A stretch of 42,529 nucleotides of DNA from Chrysochromulina tobinii (Eukaryota). Below, in pieces: positions 1 through 10,223 of this stretch. The stretch spans positions 1 to 42,529 of the forward strand of contig JWZX01003335.1 in assembly GCA_001275005.1 (NCBI GenBank). The letters are read 5' to 3'. Within the stretch, counting starts at the first letter, position 1. Every line of letters starts with the position of its first letter. The translations under genes and the position numbers were made by a program. The notes under the pieces are model-generated. The model searched no databases. It had not been told where the DNA came from and was given only the letters and a program-made list of their open reading frames with translations.

Positions 1-272
1 CCCCCCCGCGACGCGGAGCTTCGCGAGATGAAGCGCGCCAAGCGCAGCGGCCAGCGCGGGCCGGGCCCGGGGCGCCCCCGGCCCCGCGCCCGCGGCTCCC
101 GCCCGGCCCGGGAGCCGGGGCTACTATCGCGGCGGTCCCACGTCGTTTCACGTCGTCTTACTTCACACACTTTTCACAATCTAGCACGTGGATGGCAGAC
201 CGGCCGTTCTCGCAAAACATCGTGACTCCGAGGCGCGGGGGCGCGGGAGCCACTCGAGACTTCGCATTAACT

Positions 273-848
273 TCAGCCAAACTGCTCGCGCTCTCTCAAG
301 GCTTGCATGCGCGCCCGGAGCACCGCGCTTTCACGTGTCTCCTGCACAAATTTGGGGATCCCCGTGGCATACCAGAGCGTCTGCGCGCGCACCGTCAAGC
401 CCAATCGATCGCTCAATTGTCGTGCGGCACTCACAACACCGCACCAGATTTGCCAGGCTCGCATCGCCAGCTCATTGAAGCGCCAGCTCATGCCCGTCGA
501 TTGGTCCCACTCGAGGAGGCGATTACGCACGCATTCCAGGCGCGCGATCAGTCCCGACTCCTCGCTCATGCGGACCAAGTCATTCCACGCCATCTCGGAG
601 CGCTTGAGCGCATTGCGCGAGAGACTGTGTGTGTGCCAACCCGCCATACGCAGCCGGTCGCCAGATGGGCCTGCCGAGAAGGCCATGAGCGGCCCGAGGA
701 ATTGCACACCAAGCAATGCGCCGATCATGCCCGACCCTAAGAGCGGAACGCCTAGCACAGCACCTGCCATGCCTCCGAGGATGCAGAGCCCTTCGACCTC
801 CTCCTCGAGGGGCTCATCAGACGTTTTCATGGCTGACAATCGTCGCAT
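273..848 (-). CDS. Hypothetical protein (~191 aa) with a Gly-rich hydrophobic (glycine-zipper-like) segment
   Basis: First ATG in the 273..1016 ORF is at 848 (MRRLSAMKTS...). It contains LCILGGMAGAVLGVPLLGSGMIGALLGVQFLG followed by helical sequence. No family recognised. Confidence 0.5.
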   Translation of the reverse strand: MRRLSAMKTSDEPLEEEVEGLCILGGMAGAVLGVPLLGSGMIGALLGVQFLGPLMAFSAGPSGDRLRMAGWHTHSLSRNALKRSEMAWNDLVRMSEESGLIARLECVRNRLLEWDQSTGMSWRFNELAMRAWQIWCGVVSAARQLSDRLGLTVRAQTLWYATGIPKFVQETRESAVLRARMQALREREQFG

Positions 849-1161
849 CTCCCGCTCGCTCAGCCCGAATGCTGCACGTGGCGAGGGGGTGGCCGAACGT
901 GCGATGTACCCGTGCGGAGCGTGAAGCGGCGGGCTGACGAAGTCCAGCGAAGGCGAGCAGCGAAGGGCACAGCATTTTCGCAGCGTGTGAAGAGAAACTT
1001 GAAATGGAAGGTGCAAGGGGATTGAAATGAATGCTCACTCTCCCTCGCACATGTTTAGCACATCTGTTTCGCATGCAAATCAGCCGCGCAAGAATTCCGT
1101 TTCTTACTTAGCGGACCCGAGTTCTGCACAGAGTCCACACTCTCCCTGTTCCTCGCGATCG

Positions 1162-1914
1162 ATGGCGCGGGCACTTGACCAATACGAACGCAAAACGGAA
1201 TTCTCGTCCAGCAAGCGCATCGGTTCATCAACGTACTTGACTGAGTCTCTCAAAGTGGGGGGCCTCACGTCTCCTCGCGCGTGCTTCAAGTACGACTCTG
1301 CAAATAAAGACTCTGAGACGATCAACATCTCATCACGATCGAGGCAGCTAACACCCCGCGCGCAAGGTCCCCGTCACCGCCCCGACCAAATCCTCAGTGA
1401 GTCCGGCCGGCTGCTTAGTCTGACGCCTGCGTTCGCCGCTATGGATCGGCGTCCTGCCATCTCACCGAGGACATCTGGCCACGGCTCGTCCCCGGGGAAC
1501 ATGTCCTTCCATCGAACCTTCAAGACGAGCCTCACGCCCGAGCAGTTCCAAACTTGCTATTCGTTCGGGCCACAACCATGGAGCGCCGTCAAGCCAGATG
1601 TTGACAACGATCGGCCGACCCCGTGGGATAGGAGAGACGATCAGCTTACGAGCACTGTCGAGCAGCGCATCCTGAGCCACAACCCGTTACCGCACAAGCC
1701 CTACGTCCCCTCGCACGCCATGCAGCCAGCGCCAGCCGATCCGCTGCACGATACTTTTCTCTCGAGCCGCAAGATGATGCGCATCGAGCAGCACGAGCGC
1801 GAGCAGTGCAAGCAGCGCCTTGAGCACGAGCAGCCCGAGGGCCAACGTTACAACCCGGAACGACGTGCGCGCTGGATAGTGAAGGGCGACGGCGGCAGCT
1901 GGTGCGTGGCGTGA
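1162..1914 (+). CDS. Hypothetical hydrophilic protein (start could be 1027 or 1162)
   Basis: Long ORF with protein-like composition (MARALDQYERKTEF...), divergent from the previous gene. No motif recognised. Confidence 0.45.
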   Translation: MARALDQYERKTEFSSSKRIGSSTYLTESLKVGGLTSPRACFKYDSANKDSETINISSRSRQLTPRAQGPRHRPDQILSESGRLLSLTPAFAAMDRRPAISPRTSGHGSSPGNMSFHRTFKTSLTPEQFQTCYSFGPQPWSAVKPDVDNDRPTPWDRRDDQLTSTVEQRILSHNPLPHKPYVPSHAMQPAPADPLHDTFLSSRKMMRIEQHEREQCKQRLEHEQPEGQRYNPERRARWIVKGDGGSWCVA

Positions 1915-2072
1915 AGAGCTGTACAATGAGTGAACGTGCGCAAGGCCCATGCGCGCCGGGGGATGTGGAGCGCCTGATAGTGCGCCTGATGTGATCGTTA
2001 CGGAAGAAGTGAAGAACGCCAAGCATGGTTTACATAGAGGCGCGCGCGCGCTCGCCGCGCCGCGGAGTGAGT

Positions 2073-2075
<3 letters not shown>

Positions 2076-2119
<44 letters not shown>

Positions 2120-2144
2120 GAGACTGAGAGAGACTGAGAGAGAG
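2076..2144. repeat. (GA)n microsatellite upstream of eIF3h
   Basis: Direct reading: an imperfect GA run ending ~75 bp before the ATG at 2220. Confidence 0.95.
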
Positions 2145-2219
2145 TTGTGGAGAGACGAACCGCGCGACTCAAAATCATTCACAGCTCGCGAGAGCCTCGC
2201 TCACAGCGCGACGTGCCCG

Positions 2220-3437
2220 ATGGCGTCTGGCTCGTCCACCGCGCCGTGGGCCAAGGCCGAGGCACCAGCTGCTGCGCCGCCAACTGCGCCTGCCAAGGCG
2301 CCAAGCTTCGCGACGAGCACCATCAGCGTTGTGGAGCTCGACGCACTGGTGCGTGCTGACGCACACGCTGGCACACGTCAGCTCGAGCTGCGCGTTCTCT
2401 GCGCTGCTGCATGTCTCGCTCTGCGCTCGGGTCTGCTGACGCTCGCTTGCCACCGCGTTTGCTGCCGTCAGGTGGTGCTCAAGATCATCAAGCACTGCCA
2501 GCAGGCGCTGCCAGCCTTTGTTACCGGCCAGCTGCTCGGTCTCGATGTGGGTCCCACGCTGGAGGTCACCAACAGCTTCCCATTCCCCGGCAAGGAGTCG
2601 GTCAATGGCGAGTCGTCGGCGATGGACGACGATGCATCCTCCGAGTACCAGATCGAGATGATGCGCTGCCTGCGCGAGGTCAACGTCGACAACAATACTG
2701 TTGGGTGGTACCAAAGCACCTACTTCAGCTCCTTCATTGACGAGCAGTGCGTGGAGACGCAGTTCAACTATCAGAGCAACCTGAAGAACTGCGTGGTGCT
2801 CATCTTCGACCCGTCGCGCGCGCGCACGTCGGGCATCGCGCTGCGCGCCTTCCGGCTCACCGATTCCTTCATGACGCTCTACTCGGTAGGCAAGGTGACG
2901 TATGATGCGCTCGCGGGCGCCTCGAGCACCTCCAAGAGGGCAGGGGTCTTCGAAGAGGTTCCGATCAAGGTGCGCTCTTCGCACCTGAGCTCGGCGCTCC
3001 TCCTCGAGCTTCAGGACGAGTGCGGCTTCTCGGCCAACGCCGCCGACTTTTCGCGCCTCGAGCTGAACACGAACCCGTTCCTCGAGAAGCAGTTGCAACT
3101 CCTCATCGAGTGCATCGAGGACCTTCAGCAGGAGTCGTCGAAGCTGCAGCACTACGAGCGCGCGGTGCAGCGCCAAAAGGGCACGCAGTCCTCCTACCTC
3201 GCCAAGAAAAAGGCCGAGGCCGTCGCGCGCCGCGCGCGCGGTGAGGAGCCGTTGCCGGAGGAGGACCTGACGCACAACTCGCTCTTCAAGCCCATCGCGA
3301 AGCCGTCGCGCCTCGAGTCGCTGCTGATCACCGATCAGATGTCGGCCTACTGCCAGCAGATCAACCAGTTCACTGGCCAATCCTTCGCCAAGCTCTTCCT
3401 GCTCCAGTCGCTCAACAACGGCGCCGACAAGGCGTGA
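2220..3437 (+). CDS. EIF3H: Eukaryotic translation initiation factor 3 subunit H (MPN domain); exons 2220-2348 and 2472-3437
   Basis: The spliced product reads VELDAL|VVLKIIKHC...VTGQLLGLD...LEVTNSFPFP...YQIEMMRCLREVNVDNNTVGWYQS...PSRLESLL...FAKLFL, which matches the eIF3h consensus throughout. Confidence 0.95.
   Translation: MASGSSTAPWAKAEAPAAAPPTAPAKAPSFATSTISVVELDALVRADAHAGTRQLELRVLCAAACLALRSGLLTLACHRVCCRQVVLKIIKHCQQALPAFVTGQLLGLDVGPTLEVTNSFPFPGKESVNGESSAMDDDASSEYQIEMMRCLREVNVDNNTVGWYQSTYFSSFIDEQCVETQFNYQSNLKNCVVLIFDPSRARTSGIALRAFRLTDSFMTLYSVGKVTYDALAGASSTSKRAGVFEEVPIKVRSSHLSSALLLELQDECGFSANAADFSRLELNTNPFLEKQLQLLIECIEDLQQESSKLQHYERAVQRQKGTQSSYLAKKKAEAVARRARGEEPLPEEDLTHNSLFKPIAKPSRLESLLITDQMSAYCQQINQFTGQSFAKLFLLQSLNNGADKA
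2349..2471 (+). other. Spliceosomal intron, 123 nt, phase 0, in frame and stop-free
   Basis: GTGCGT donor and ...CCGTCAG acceptor. Removing it restores the DALVVLKIIKH motif. Confidence 0.9.
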
Positions 3438-3793
3438 GCGCGCGGTGCAAGATGGTGCGGGTCGGATGCCGATGAGCGATCGGTGTGGCGGCCCGCGCGG
3501 ATCTGCCTTCTTGGGGTTACCGCGCGCGCCACTGCCCGGTATTTCCCAGAGGTCTTATTGTTGTCACCGATCTATCGAAAGAAGGCATGACATGTTTTGC
3601 AAACCCTGATAACTGACTGTATCGTCATCGACGCGTTGTGATGAGCGCGTTGCTTCAGAGCGTTGATCTCCGGACTCCGCACGCGCACACCCGAGGACCC
3701 CCCAAAGTGGACAATCTGAGTCTTGTTATCATTGTACATGGCCGGACCAGCGGCAGTACCGGACCGAAGCACGACTGCACATGTTCCAGACCA

Positions 3794-6700
3794 TCATCTG
3801 CGTAGTGCGTTCGCGCCACCACGGCGGGCGCGCGGAAGCGCTCTCTGGAACAGGCTACCAAGACCGTTGCCGCCGCGGCTGCGTGCAGCCTCGGCAGCCT
3901 CCCTCTTGGCCTCGGCCTCGGCCGTCTGCTGCTCGTGCACGGCACGCAACACCGATGCAACGGCCCGTACCGCCGCCATTCCCGCGGTCGCGATGTCGGC
4001 GTCACTGGCAGCATCGACTGCGGTCACATCGGACTCATTGGCCGTCAATGATGCGTCCGGCTCCGCAACGTGCGCGGTCACCTCCACTACCCAGCGGAGG
4101 AAGGCCGCGCGCGCCTCATGGCCGTCCGCGAGCAGCTTCGCAAACTGGAGTCCACGCATACCGGTAGAGTCCTGCGACACTCGCCCGCCAGGTGGCCGGC
4201 TGGGGAGCGCTGGCCGCGCCGGCGCCGTCCGCGCCGCCGGCGCATCTGCCGCCGTGAGTGCTGCGACTCTCTGCGCGCCCGCTGGCAATATCGCCGGCCC
4301 GGCTGCCACGGCCGGCACGGCCAGAACGGCCGATGGGGAGGCGGCGGGCGGGGCGAGCGTGGCGGGCGCCGTGGCGGGCGCATCCGGGGCTCCGGCTGCG
4401 AGCCCATCCAAGAGCGCACCAAGGCCGCCCGCCGCTTGGTCCGCCGTGCCTGCTGGGGACTCTGCGGCCTTGATGCGCGTAGAGTCCGTGAGAGGGCTGA
4501 GGCTCGATAGCCATCCGAAGAACTCGGAGAGCGGCTGTTGCTGCGTTGCTGCCGCTGCCGCCTCGCCTGTTGCTGCCGCCTCGGCCCCTGCCTCAGCCGA
4601 TGCGTCCCTTTCGTCCTCCTTGCCCCCCTTCTCCTCCCCGGCCGCGGCCATCGAGAGGCGGCTGCCCCGAAGAGTTCTCGACCGGCGCACCGGTCTCGGC
4701 TTCGAGACGCCTATGGGCAGCACGTCTCCGCCGGATTCGAAGTAGGTCACAAGCTCGGCCTCGCTCAGGCTGGCGAAGCTCGCGAGATCATACGGCACGT
4801 CGTTGGCAACACAGTCGTTGCGGATGTCCTCAATCTCCGCCGCGGTCCAGGGCTTCTTGGAACTTGGCGCAGCCATGATGGCGGAGGCGGCCTGTACCGT
4901 TGACATCTCGTCTCGCCCGTCGGCGAGCGGCGACGGCGGCGGCGAAGCAGGTACGCGGCGAAGCAGCGCGTGCGCATCGCAAACCAGCATGTAGCCAGCC
5001 GCCAGTACAATCGCCACCACCATTGCAGTGATCAGGTAAGGTGTAGAGGCGAGCCCCAACGCCGCAGCGAGCACGAGCCACATGAACGGACGGCGGCGGG
5101 TAGGCAAGCCTACAGGGTGCCCCTCGCGCCATGCTCGCTCCAAAGCTTCAGTCTCGAGTGCCTCGAGGGCCGTCAACACCGCCCCCACGTCGCGAACCTG
5201 AGCCTCATCCGAGTCAACCAAAGCGTCGACACAGATCGGGAGTTGAGTGGAGAGCCGACGGTAGAGGTCATGCCGAGTGCCTACCTTCCCACCGCCCGTG
5301 TTGAGCGGGGGGCGTGCAGGGCGGCTGGCGAGGCCGAGCAAGCACATAAGCCAACGCCACCACACTGCCCACACGCATCGGGCCGCGCGGAAGATGCCCC
5401 CTCTCGAAGCCTCTGCCGCCGCCTCCGCCGCCGCCGCCGCCGCCCCTTCGCGAGCCGTCTGCTCCTGCCGCTGCATTTGCCTCTCCGTCGCCGCGTGCAG
5501 CTCGCCATGGACCTCGCGCACCTCGCGAGACAACTGGGCGAGAGGCTCTCGCAACCCACTGACGAGCTTGCCACTCCGCACGAGCGCGACCAAAGGCACG
5601 ATCTCAAAGAGCTGGAAGAGCTCGCGCAGGTCGTCTGAGGCAGCCGCATCCGAGGCAGCCGCCGCCGATGCAGCCGCCGCCGAATCGGGGGCGCCAGCGG
5701 TGGGGAAGACGCTCAACACGAGCCCACCCTTTCGGCTACGCTTCTCCTTGGGCTTCACCTCTTCGGCCACGTGACGTGCCATCCCGGGCAGGTGAGGCGC
5801 CGTACCGGGCAGGTGAGGCGCCGTACCGGGCAGGTGAGGCGCCGTACCGGGCTTCGCCTTTGGGGCCTTTGGTTTACACCCGGCGGCCGCCCCGGCGCCA
5901 CTGCCCGCGCCGATGCCGCCAGCGCCCGCGCCGCCATGATGCGCCTCGATGGCAGCGGCTGCAGCGCGCTGCCACCTAGCTCGCCTCAGAGCCTTTAGAC
6001 GCTCCGCTTCCGCTGCGGCGCTGGCGTGCCGCAGATGCAACGCAAACTCGTGTAGCGCTGCGTCCGTCGTGGGCACGCGCGCATATGCGCCGCCGCCCTT
6101 GCCGCCCTTGCCGCCAGCCGCCACGGCCGTCCCTCGCTGGTAGCCTAACTTGCTCGCATCGAAGGCGCCGAGCGCCTTGAGCGCGCCACCATCCCTCCAA
6201 AGCAACTGCAAATCTCGCGCGAGCTCGCGGAAGCGCTTGCGCTCGCGCCGAGAGGCGTACAGAGCAAACAGCTGTATGATCAGCATCGCAAGCACGAAAG
6301 GCACGAGCAGCGCAAGCAACAACCGGAGGAAGCCGGATCGACGCGGCGAGCGCACGCACAGCGGCGGCGCCAGGCGCACGTGGTCGCATGCCGGGTACAG
6401 GTAGTTGAGCCCGTCGAGGTCGTCCTGCGTGAGGCACGCGCGCGCGCGATGGGTCGTCGTCGAGAACATGATCGACCCATCCGAATCACCACCTGCAGCT
6501 CCGAAATACCCAGCATAACCGACCCGACGCTCGAGGCTGCTCAGCGGCTGCTGGCAGAGGGCGGGGCCCATCGGGCGCACCGCCGGCTCATAGATGGCAT
6601 GGCCCTGCGTGTCCGGGTGGTGGAAGCCGAGGATGTGCCCGATCTCATGCGCTGTCGCGGCCTCGAAATCAAAGCATTCGACACACGGTAAGTAGACGCG

Positions 6701-7792
6701 AACGTACACAATCGGCGGCGCGATCAGTAGGAGGAGGCACAGGGTAGTCGAGGCCACGCCAAGCGCGCCGCTGAGCCGCTCGAACTTGTCCAGCAGCGTC
6801 GAGCCGGCCACGACGAAGACGCGCGCCGTAGATCCCACACAGCCGCTGCAGCCGCTGCAGCCGCAACAGCCGCAGCAGCCGCCGTCGCGCCGACCGCCGC
6901 GCCGGGGACCAGGGCGGTCGAGATCGAGGTCGAGGTCGAGCGGCTTGTCGAAGTTCTGCCATCCGCCGACGATGGTCCGTCGGGTGGTGGCGGCGCCCGC
7001 ATGAAGCTGGTGAATCGCGGAGTCGAACCACGCGAGCAGGAACCAGATGACCATCGCGCACCCCACAATAAAGCAGACAAGCAACGTGATCCGCAAAGCT
7101 AGGTCACCGTTCGCGCCGTTCAAATGGAGGCCCGAGCAGAACGTATTGTCCAGGTACCAGCACTGCGCCGAGTTGAACTCCATTTCAGCGTACGCGATGG
7201 AGTAGTCGCCGCTCACCCAGACGCCCGCGGTCGTGCGTCGGCCGGGGCCCGGCGGCGACACCCATCCTCGGTCCTTGGCGGGGTAGTTGAGCACCCACGC
7301 CGCGCGCCCTGCCTCTTCGGCATCTCGCGGCACAGTGGCTGTAACGGACACCTCAGCAAGCGTGCAGTCGTTCGATGCCCAGCCGCCGGCAGCACACACT
7401 GAGCTCACATCCTTAAAGCTGATGGCCTTGTGATTGGCAGCCCACGTGTTGAATGCTCGACCGATGGCGTCGGAAATCTCGGCGCAATCGACGAACGTAA
7501 ACCCCATGTTGAGGATCGCCTCCCACCACGTGAATGACTGCTCCCGGAACCGCGCGAGCATCATCGTGCAGAAGCTCGGATCGATGGCATACGTGATGCC
7601 GCCGCCCAGGCCTGATGAGTCGGCCGCGAGGGCTGGCAGCGACCAACTGAAGTGGCGTTCCGTTCCTCCGTTGGAAGTCAAATTCCACGGGGCACTAAAG
7701 TATGAGTAGGCGGCTGCGCGCTGGGGCGCGAACGCCACGAGAGCGATCAGCACCTGGAGCGGCGGCGGGACGGCCACCACCCATACCGCCAT
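3794..7792 (-). CDS. Multi-pass membrane metzincin (matrixin/M10-like) zinc metallopeptidase
   Basis: Signal-peptide-like N-terminus; matrixin-like AIGRAFNTWA...ISF; HEIGHILGFHH (HExxHxxGxxH) at 6617-6649; Met-turn GSIMFS; DDLDGLNYLY; several hydrophobic helices; long Ala-rich tail. Hidden in-frame introns are possible. Confidence 0.8.
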   Translation of the reverse strand: MAVWVVAVPPPLQVLIALVAFAPQRAAAYSYFSAPWNLTSNGGTERHFSWSLPALAADSSGLGGGITYAIDPSFCTMMLARFREQSFTWWEAILNMGFTFVDCAEISDAIGRAFNTWAANHKAISFKDVSSVCAAGGWASNDCTLAEVSVTATVPRDAEEAGRAAWVLNYPAKDRGWVSPPGPGRRTTAGVWVSGDYSIAYAEMEFNSAQCWYLDNTFCSGLHLNGANGDLALRITLLVCFIVGCAMVIWFLLAWFDSAIHQLHAGAATTRRTIVGGWQNFDKPLDLDLDLDRPGPRRGGRRDGGCCGCCGCSGCSGCVGSTARVFVVAGSTLLDKFERLSGALGVASTTLCLLLLIAPPIVYVRVYLPCVECFDFEAATAHEIGHILGFHHPDTQGHAIYEPAVRPMGPALCQQPLSSLERRVGYAGYFGAAGGDSDGSIMFSTTTHRARACLTQDDLDGLNYLYPACDHVRLAPPLCVRSPRRSGFLRLLLALLVPFVLAMLIIQLFALYASRRERKRFRELARDLQLLWRDGGALKALGAFDASKLGYQRGTAVAAGGKGGKGGGAYARVPTTDAALHEFALHLRHASAAAEAERLKALRRARWQRAAAAAIEAHHGGAGAGGIGAGSGAGAAAGCKPKAPKAKPGTAPHLPGTAPHLPGTAPHLPGMARHVAEEVKPKEKRSRKGGLVLSVFPTAGAPDSAAAASAAAASDAAASDDLRELFQLFEIVPLVALVRSGKLVSGLREPLAQLSREVREVHGELHAATERQMQRQEQTAREGAAAAAAEAAAEASRGGIFRAARCVWAVWWRWLMCLLGLASRPARPPLNTGGGKVGTRHDLYRRLSTQLPICVDALVDSDEAQVRDVGAVLTALEALETEALERAWREGHPVGLPTRRRPFMWLVLAAALGLASTPYLITAMVVAIVLAAGYMLVCDAHALLRRVPASPPPSPLADGRDEMSTVQAASAIMAAPSSKKPWTAAEIEDIRNDCVANDVPYDLASFASLSEAELVTYFESGGDVLPIGVSKPRPVRRSRTLRGSRLSMAAAGEEKGGKEDERDASAEAGAEAAATGEAAAAATQQQPLSEFFGWLSSLSPLTDSTRIKAAESPAGTADQAAGGLGALLDGLAAGAPDAPATAPATLAPPAASPSAVLAVPAVAAGPAILPAGAQRVAALTAADAPAARTAPARPALPSRPPGGRVSQDSTGMRGLQFAKLLADGHEARAAFLRWVVEVTAHVAEPDASLTANESDVTAVDAASDADIATAGMAAVRAVASVLRAVHEQQTAEAEAKREAAEAARSRGGNGLGSLFQRALPRARRGGANALRR
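5784..5852. repeat. 21-bp tandem repeat x3.3 (encodes PGTAPHL on the minus strand)
   Basis: CCGGGCAGGTGAGGCGCCGTA repeated perfectly three times, plus a partial copy. Confidence 0.95.
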
Positions 7793-8164
7793 TCTCCTAC
7801 GTGCGGTTGCCTATTCATGTTAATACACACAACACGTAAGCAGCACAGCTGTGAAGACAATACAATACAATTCAGGCCAGGCCTCGCATGAGACACATGC
7901 AGACAGAGAGCTGAGAAACAGCCTAAGGAGAAGATCGGCGAGACCCATGTATGAACTCGGGAGGGAGCGCGCCCGATTCACACCGGAGTCGAGACCTGGA
8001 TGCCTGTGAACGTTAACACGACAGACGCGTAACCGGTGTCAAGCAAAACACTCCACAACCACATCTTACATTGGTGCAGTACTTTCCTTTCGAGAATGCA
8101 TCTTTGCACCCCTTGACACTTGCTCACTTTCTCGCTTGCACCCGCTGACGAGAGCTTGCCCCAG

Positions 8165-9142
8165 TCACCACCAAATGTCCGCCTCAACCGCCGGCGTGGC
8201 TTTGCCAGGCACACGCAGCGTCGCATGCGCTCGTCCCTGTACCGCGCTTGTGACGGCGCTCGTCTCGACCAGCCGCGGCTTCGCCACGTCGACCGCCCCA
8301 AGCAGGCTTACATGCATGCGCTGCACCGCTGGCGGCGCGTCGGTTCCGAGCGCGGCGCAGTAGCTCGCCGCGGCCGTCTCGTCGCACAGCATCGCCGCAC
8401 ATCCCCCGTGGAGCGTGCCGCCTGGATTGCCGTACTTGCGCGTCATGGTGGCCGTGAACGCGATCGGCGCCGCCGTGTTCGACAGCAGGGGTGCACTTGT
8501 CAGAAAGGGATCGGCTGCCGAGGAATCGGCGCTCGCCGTCATCGACAGGTTCTCCCGTCGCGAGGCATCCGAAGCTGGGAAGGGCGGCGGCGTGCTCTCG
8601 GCCAGTCGCGTGTGCCAATGACGGACCGCGGAGTAGAGAGCCGGACGCAAGAGCGGATGCGCCACGATGTCCCAGCCCGGCGGCATGCCCGTAGATTGGA
8701 ACTTGAGGTGCCGACCCGTCGCAAGAACCTCACCGTCAGCGTTCGAAACGTCTATGTGCAGCCAGGCGAGCGTCTGGCCGCCCTTGATGAGTCGGGAATT
8801 GAAGGTGAGCGGCTCTCCAGCTCGGACTGGCGCATGCGAGACGCGCTGGCCTGAAAGCGTCACGGACACGCCTGGGCGGTGCCTCGCGTCCCACGCAGCC
8901 AGACCAAACGTGGATGCCTCGTCGCAGGCGGCGAGCGCGCTGGCGAGGCACAGTTGGCCGTCGGCACGGCAGAGCCACGCTGGCCAATTGAACGTCATGC
9001 TGCATTGATTGGAGTCGAAGTGGTCGACGCGGACGCTTCCGCCATCTTCAGGCAGCCGAAGCCCCAGCATATCGGCTCCAAATGAGCGTCGCAAAGCGCT
9101 CACGCGGAACAAGGTGCGCGTGACGAGGTGGAGCGTAGTCAT
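8165..9142 (-). CDS. Double hot-dog-fold acyl-CoA thioesterase (PaaI/ACOT13-like)
   Basis: C-terminal domain has NPGGTLHGGCAAMLCDE. N-terminal domain has LAACDEAST...PGVSVTLS...KGGQTLAW...GEVLATGRHLKF. ATG at 9142 (MTTLHLV). Confidence 0.8.
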   Translation of the reverse strand: MTTLHLVTRTLFRVSALRRSFGADMLGLRLPEDGGSVRVDHFDSNQCSMTFNWPAWLCRADGQLCLASALAACDEASTFGLAAWDARHRPGVSVTLSGQRVSHAPVRAGEPLTFNSRLIKGGQTLAWLHIDVSNADGEVLATGRHLKFQSTGMPPGWDIVAHPLLRPALYSAVRHWHTRLAESTPPPFPASDASRRENLSMTASADSSAADPFLTSAPLLSNTAAPIAFTATMTRKYGNPGGTLHGGCAAMLCDETAAASYCAALGTDAPPAVQRMHVSLLGAVDVAKPRLVETSAVTSAVQGRAHATLRVPGKATPAVEADIWW

Positions 9143-9320
9143 TGACCACGGTAGGTCCAGAAGGCACGAATGTGATGAGGGTATACGGACCCGCGCGCGC
9201 GGACCGCGCGAAGAGAGAGTCAAAGTTGACTCATGTGCTGTGAACCCGTTTATCCGCACCACATGTGGAAGTGTGCGGAAGCCAAGCGGAAGCCTTTCGA
9301 ATGTGCTCCGGAAGCCCGAA

Positions 9321-9348
9321 GACATGACTTGACTTGACATGACTGGAC
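9321..9348 (+). repeat. Degenerate (GACTT)n pentamer array
   Basis: GACAT GACTT GACTT GACAT GACTG GAC, in the divergent intergenic region. Confidence 0.8.
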
Positions 9349-9419
9349 GGAGAAGCTTCCGAGAACGCCATCGAGCGAGTTACGATCGGCACGACTTCAA
9401 CCCAACGCGCACGAGCACC

Positions 9420-10043
9420 ATGATGGCGCCTCACCTCCATGTTCCCGAAGCACGCGACGCCCACTACTCCGATGGCAATATGGCTCAGTACCTCGTCGAC
9501 CTGCATGACTCAAAGGCGACCTTCAACTTTTGCGGCGGCATGATGTTTCAGCTCATTCTGTCCGACAAGCTCAGGGAGCACCTGGCGAGCGGCAATGCTC
9601 AGACCCCTGTTGTGTACGATGCGAAAGCAAATCGCATGGCGCGGATCCCAGGCTACTCGAAATCGGCAGAGGCGGACAATGCCAAAATCTTCCACGGACG
9701 TGAGGTCCGACAGGTGCCCACTGCGACGGGGGGCATGGGCTTCGCAATCCATCTGACCAAGGCCGGCGGAGACGACCCAGAGGGCTGGACAGCGCCTGAG
9801 CTCGCGGGCTACGACGGCTGGGGTCACGACGCCAGCCGCCAGTGGCGTACAGGTGAGCATCTCGAGAAGGAGGGATTGGTCGGATTCCGCAAGAAGTTTG
9901 GCGACAAAGCCTACACGCTGCACCATAGGTTTTACTTGCATCTCGATCGGGTGAATCAGCTCTGGCTCTCAGCCGAGGACGGGTGCGAGGGCCATCCGTC
10001 TCCTGCCGCGCCCGCGAAGATCGGCTTCGGGCGCGCGTTCTGA
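9420..10043 (+). CDS. Protein of unknown function (~207 aa, globular-looking)
   Basis: Complex, motif-like sequence (QYLVDLHDSKATFNFCGGMMFQL...FHGREVR...YDGWGHD...LHHRFYLH...LWLSAEDGCEG) with coding-type codon usage. Confidence 0.7.
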   Translation: MMAPHLHVPEARDAHYSDGNMAQYLVDLHDSKATFNFCGGMMFQLILSDKLREHLASGNAQTPVVYDAKANRMARIPGYSKSAEADNAKIFHGREVRQVPTATGGMGFAIHLTKAGGDDPEGWTAPELAGYDGWGHDASRQWRTGEHLEKEGLVGFRKKFGDKAYTLHHRFYLHLDRVNQLWLSAEDGCEGHPSPAAPAKIGFGRAF

Positions 10044-10223
10044 GCGGCGGAGGCAATTGAATTGAACACGAAGTCCTCAGTAGCAGTAGAGCGCCGCTCG
10101 AATCGTGGGGATTATTTTCGTGTTTGTGATTCGGCAATTCTGCGCGTCGTCGTGAGCGAAATTCTGAAAACAGGACCAGAGAGCCGACAGCCGAGCGCGA
10201 GTACGTGAGCAGACGCGGCCGGC

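Noticed and set aside
2025..2219. N-terminal ERERER extension of the eIF3h ORF
   Set aside because: Translation of the (GA)n microsatellite; the ATG at 2220 is the plausible start.
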